DNA from: a bacterium
GTDB taxonomy: Bacteria > Patescibacteriota > Patescibacteriia > Magasanikbacterales > GWA2-37-8
Length of the DNA stretch: 58,235 bases
NCBI GenBank assembly: GCA_043810165.1
Contig: JBDROJ010000042.1
Span: 1-58,235 of the forward strand
Direction: 5' to 3'
The position numbers and the translations under genes are program-made. The number at the start of each line of letters is the position of its first letter. Positions within the stretch are counted from its first letter, which is position 1. The notes below the pieces were generated by a model that ran no database searches, had not been told where the DNA came from, and saw only the letters and a list, made by a program, of their open reading frames with translations. Shown here piece by piece: positions 57,403-58,235 of this stretch.

Positions 57403-58235
57403 ATGAGTAAAGTTATAGTAACAGGAGGGGCTGGATTCATCGGCTCACATCTGGTTGATAAATTAATAGAGCTGGGCAATGAAGTGGTGGTGGTCGATAA
57501 TTTGATGTTGGGAAAAAAAGAATTTGTTAATGAGCAAGCAGTTTTTTGCCAGACTGATATACGTGACTTGGAAAAACTTAAGGAAAATTTTCAAGGAGCT
57601 GAAGCAGTATTTCATCTAGCAGCTGATCCTCGTTTGCCGGTTTCTATTGAAGATCCAATTGGAACTCATGAGATTAATGTTACAGGTACTTTGAATGTTT
57701 TGCTGGCCTCTAAAGAAGTTGGTGTAGAGAAAATTGTTTTTGCTTCTACCTGCGCCTTATATGGTGAACAAGAGTTGCCTATCAAAGAAGACTATATACC
57801 AAAAATTTTAAATCCCTATGCCTTGCATAAATTAATTGGTGAAGAATACTGCCGTCTGTTCAACAAGTTATATAATCTAAAGACAGCCTGCTTGCGTTTT
57901 TTTAATGTATTTGGTCCGCGTAAATTAGATACTGGTTCTTACCCGATGGTTGTCCCTATTTTTTTAGGACAAAAAAATAGAGGTGAAAAATTAACCATAG
58001 TAGGAGATGGTGAACAGACCAGGGATTATGTTTATGTTGATGATGTAGTTGAATCCATGATCAAGGCTTGGAAGTCAGATGTTAATGATGGTAGGCCTAT
58101 TAATATTGGTTCTGGCCAGCAAACCAGTATTAATAAAATAGCTGAATTGATAGGGGGAGAAATAACTAACCTTCCAGCCAGAGATGGAGAGATGCGTCTT
58201 GTGCAAGCTGATACTAATCGAGCCAAAGAATTATT
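57403..58235 (+). CDS. NAD-dependent epimerase/dehydratase, runs off the window end
   Basis: Read manually from ATG 57403: [19 protein letters not shown]...FHLAA...NPYALHK...GDGEQTRDY; not in the ORF track. Confidence 0.88.
   Translation, partial: MSKVIVTGGAGFIGSHLVDKLIELGNEVVVVDNLMLGKKEFVNEQAVFCQTDIRDLEKLKENFQGAEAVFHLAADPRLPVSIEDPIGTHEINVTGTLNVLLASKEVGVEKIVFASTCALYGEQELPIKEDYIPKILNPYALHKLIGEEYCRLFNKLYNLKTACLRFFNVFGPRKLDTGSYPMVVPIFLGQKNRGEKLTIVGDGEQTRDYVYVDDVVESMIKAWKSDVNDGRPINIGSGQQTSINKIAELIGGEITNLPARDGEMRLVQADTNRAKEL

Noticed and set aside
612-58226. Remaining short minus-strand and alternate-frame ORFs in the track
   Set aside because: All overlap well-supported + strand genes and show no recognisable motifs.

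Overview
AT-rich bacterial chromosomal window whose credible genes all lie on the + strand. Gene content, AT-rich leaders mostly lacking Shine-Dalgarno motifs and a tRNA without encoded CCA suggest Patescibacteria/CPR (inference). The first ~22 kb holds valS-tyrS-argS, a PemK/MazF-like toxin-antitoxin pair, a GC-rich methyltransferase, an orphan histidine kinase, bactofilin, a DAG-kinase-like gene, tRNA-Leu(GAG), yraN, ndk, gpsA, a class B PBP, murF and a large exported phospholipase C/P1-nuclease-like lamin-tail protein. From ~22.3 kb to the end is a >35 kb surface-glycan locus: O-antigen-ligase/TPR protein, gmd, fcl, ColD-like dehydratase, Wzx, rfbF/rfbG/rfbH, three radical SAM/SPASM enzymes, a C-methyltransferase-like enzyme, a NeuB-cupin fusion, a YerE-like ThDP enzyme, apt-mtnP, many glycosyltransferases, uxs and ugd. 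Top signals: (1) a GTCATTGCGAG-based palindromic repeat family forming two large nested intergenic hairpins and also sitting in frame in valS as a four-unit 33-nt array; (2) an (AT)8 tract that puts the ATG of an FkbM methyltransferase out of frame, a candidate phase-variation switch; (3) an enzyme set pointing to an uncharacterised branched or higher-carbon sugar; (4) a tRNA-like 5' fragment apparently split by a palindromic insertion.
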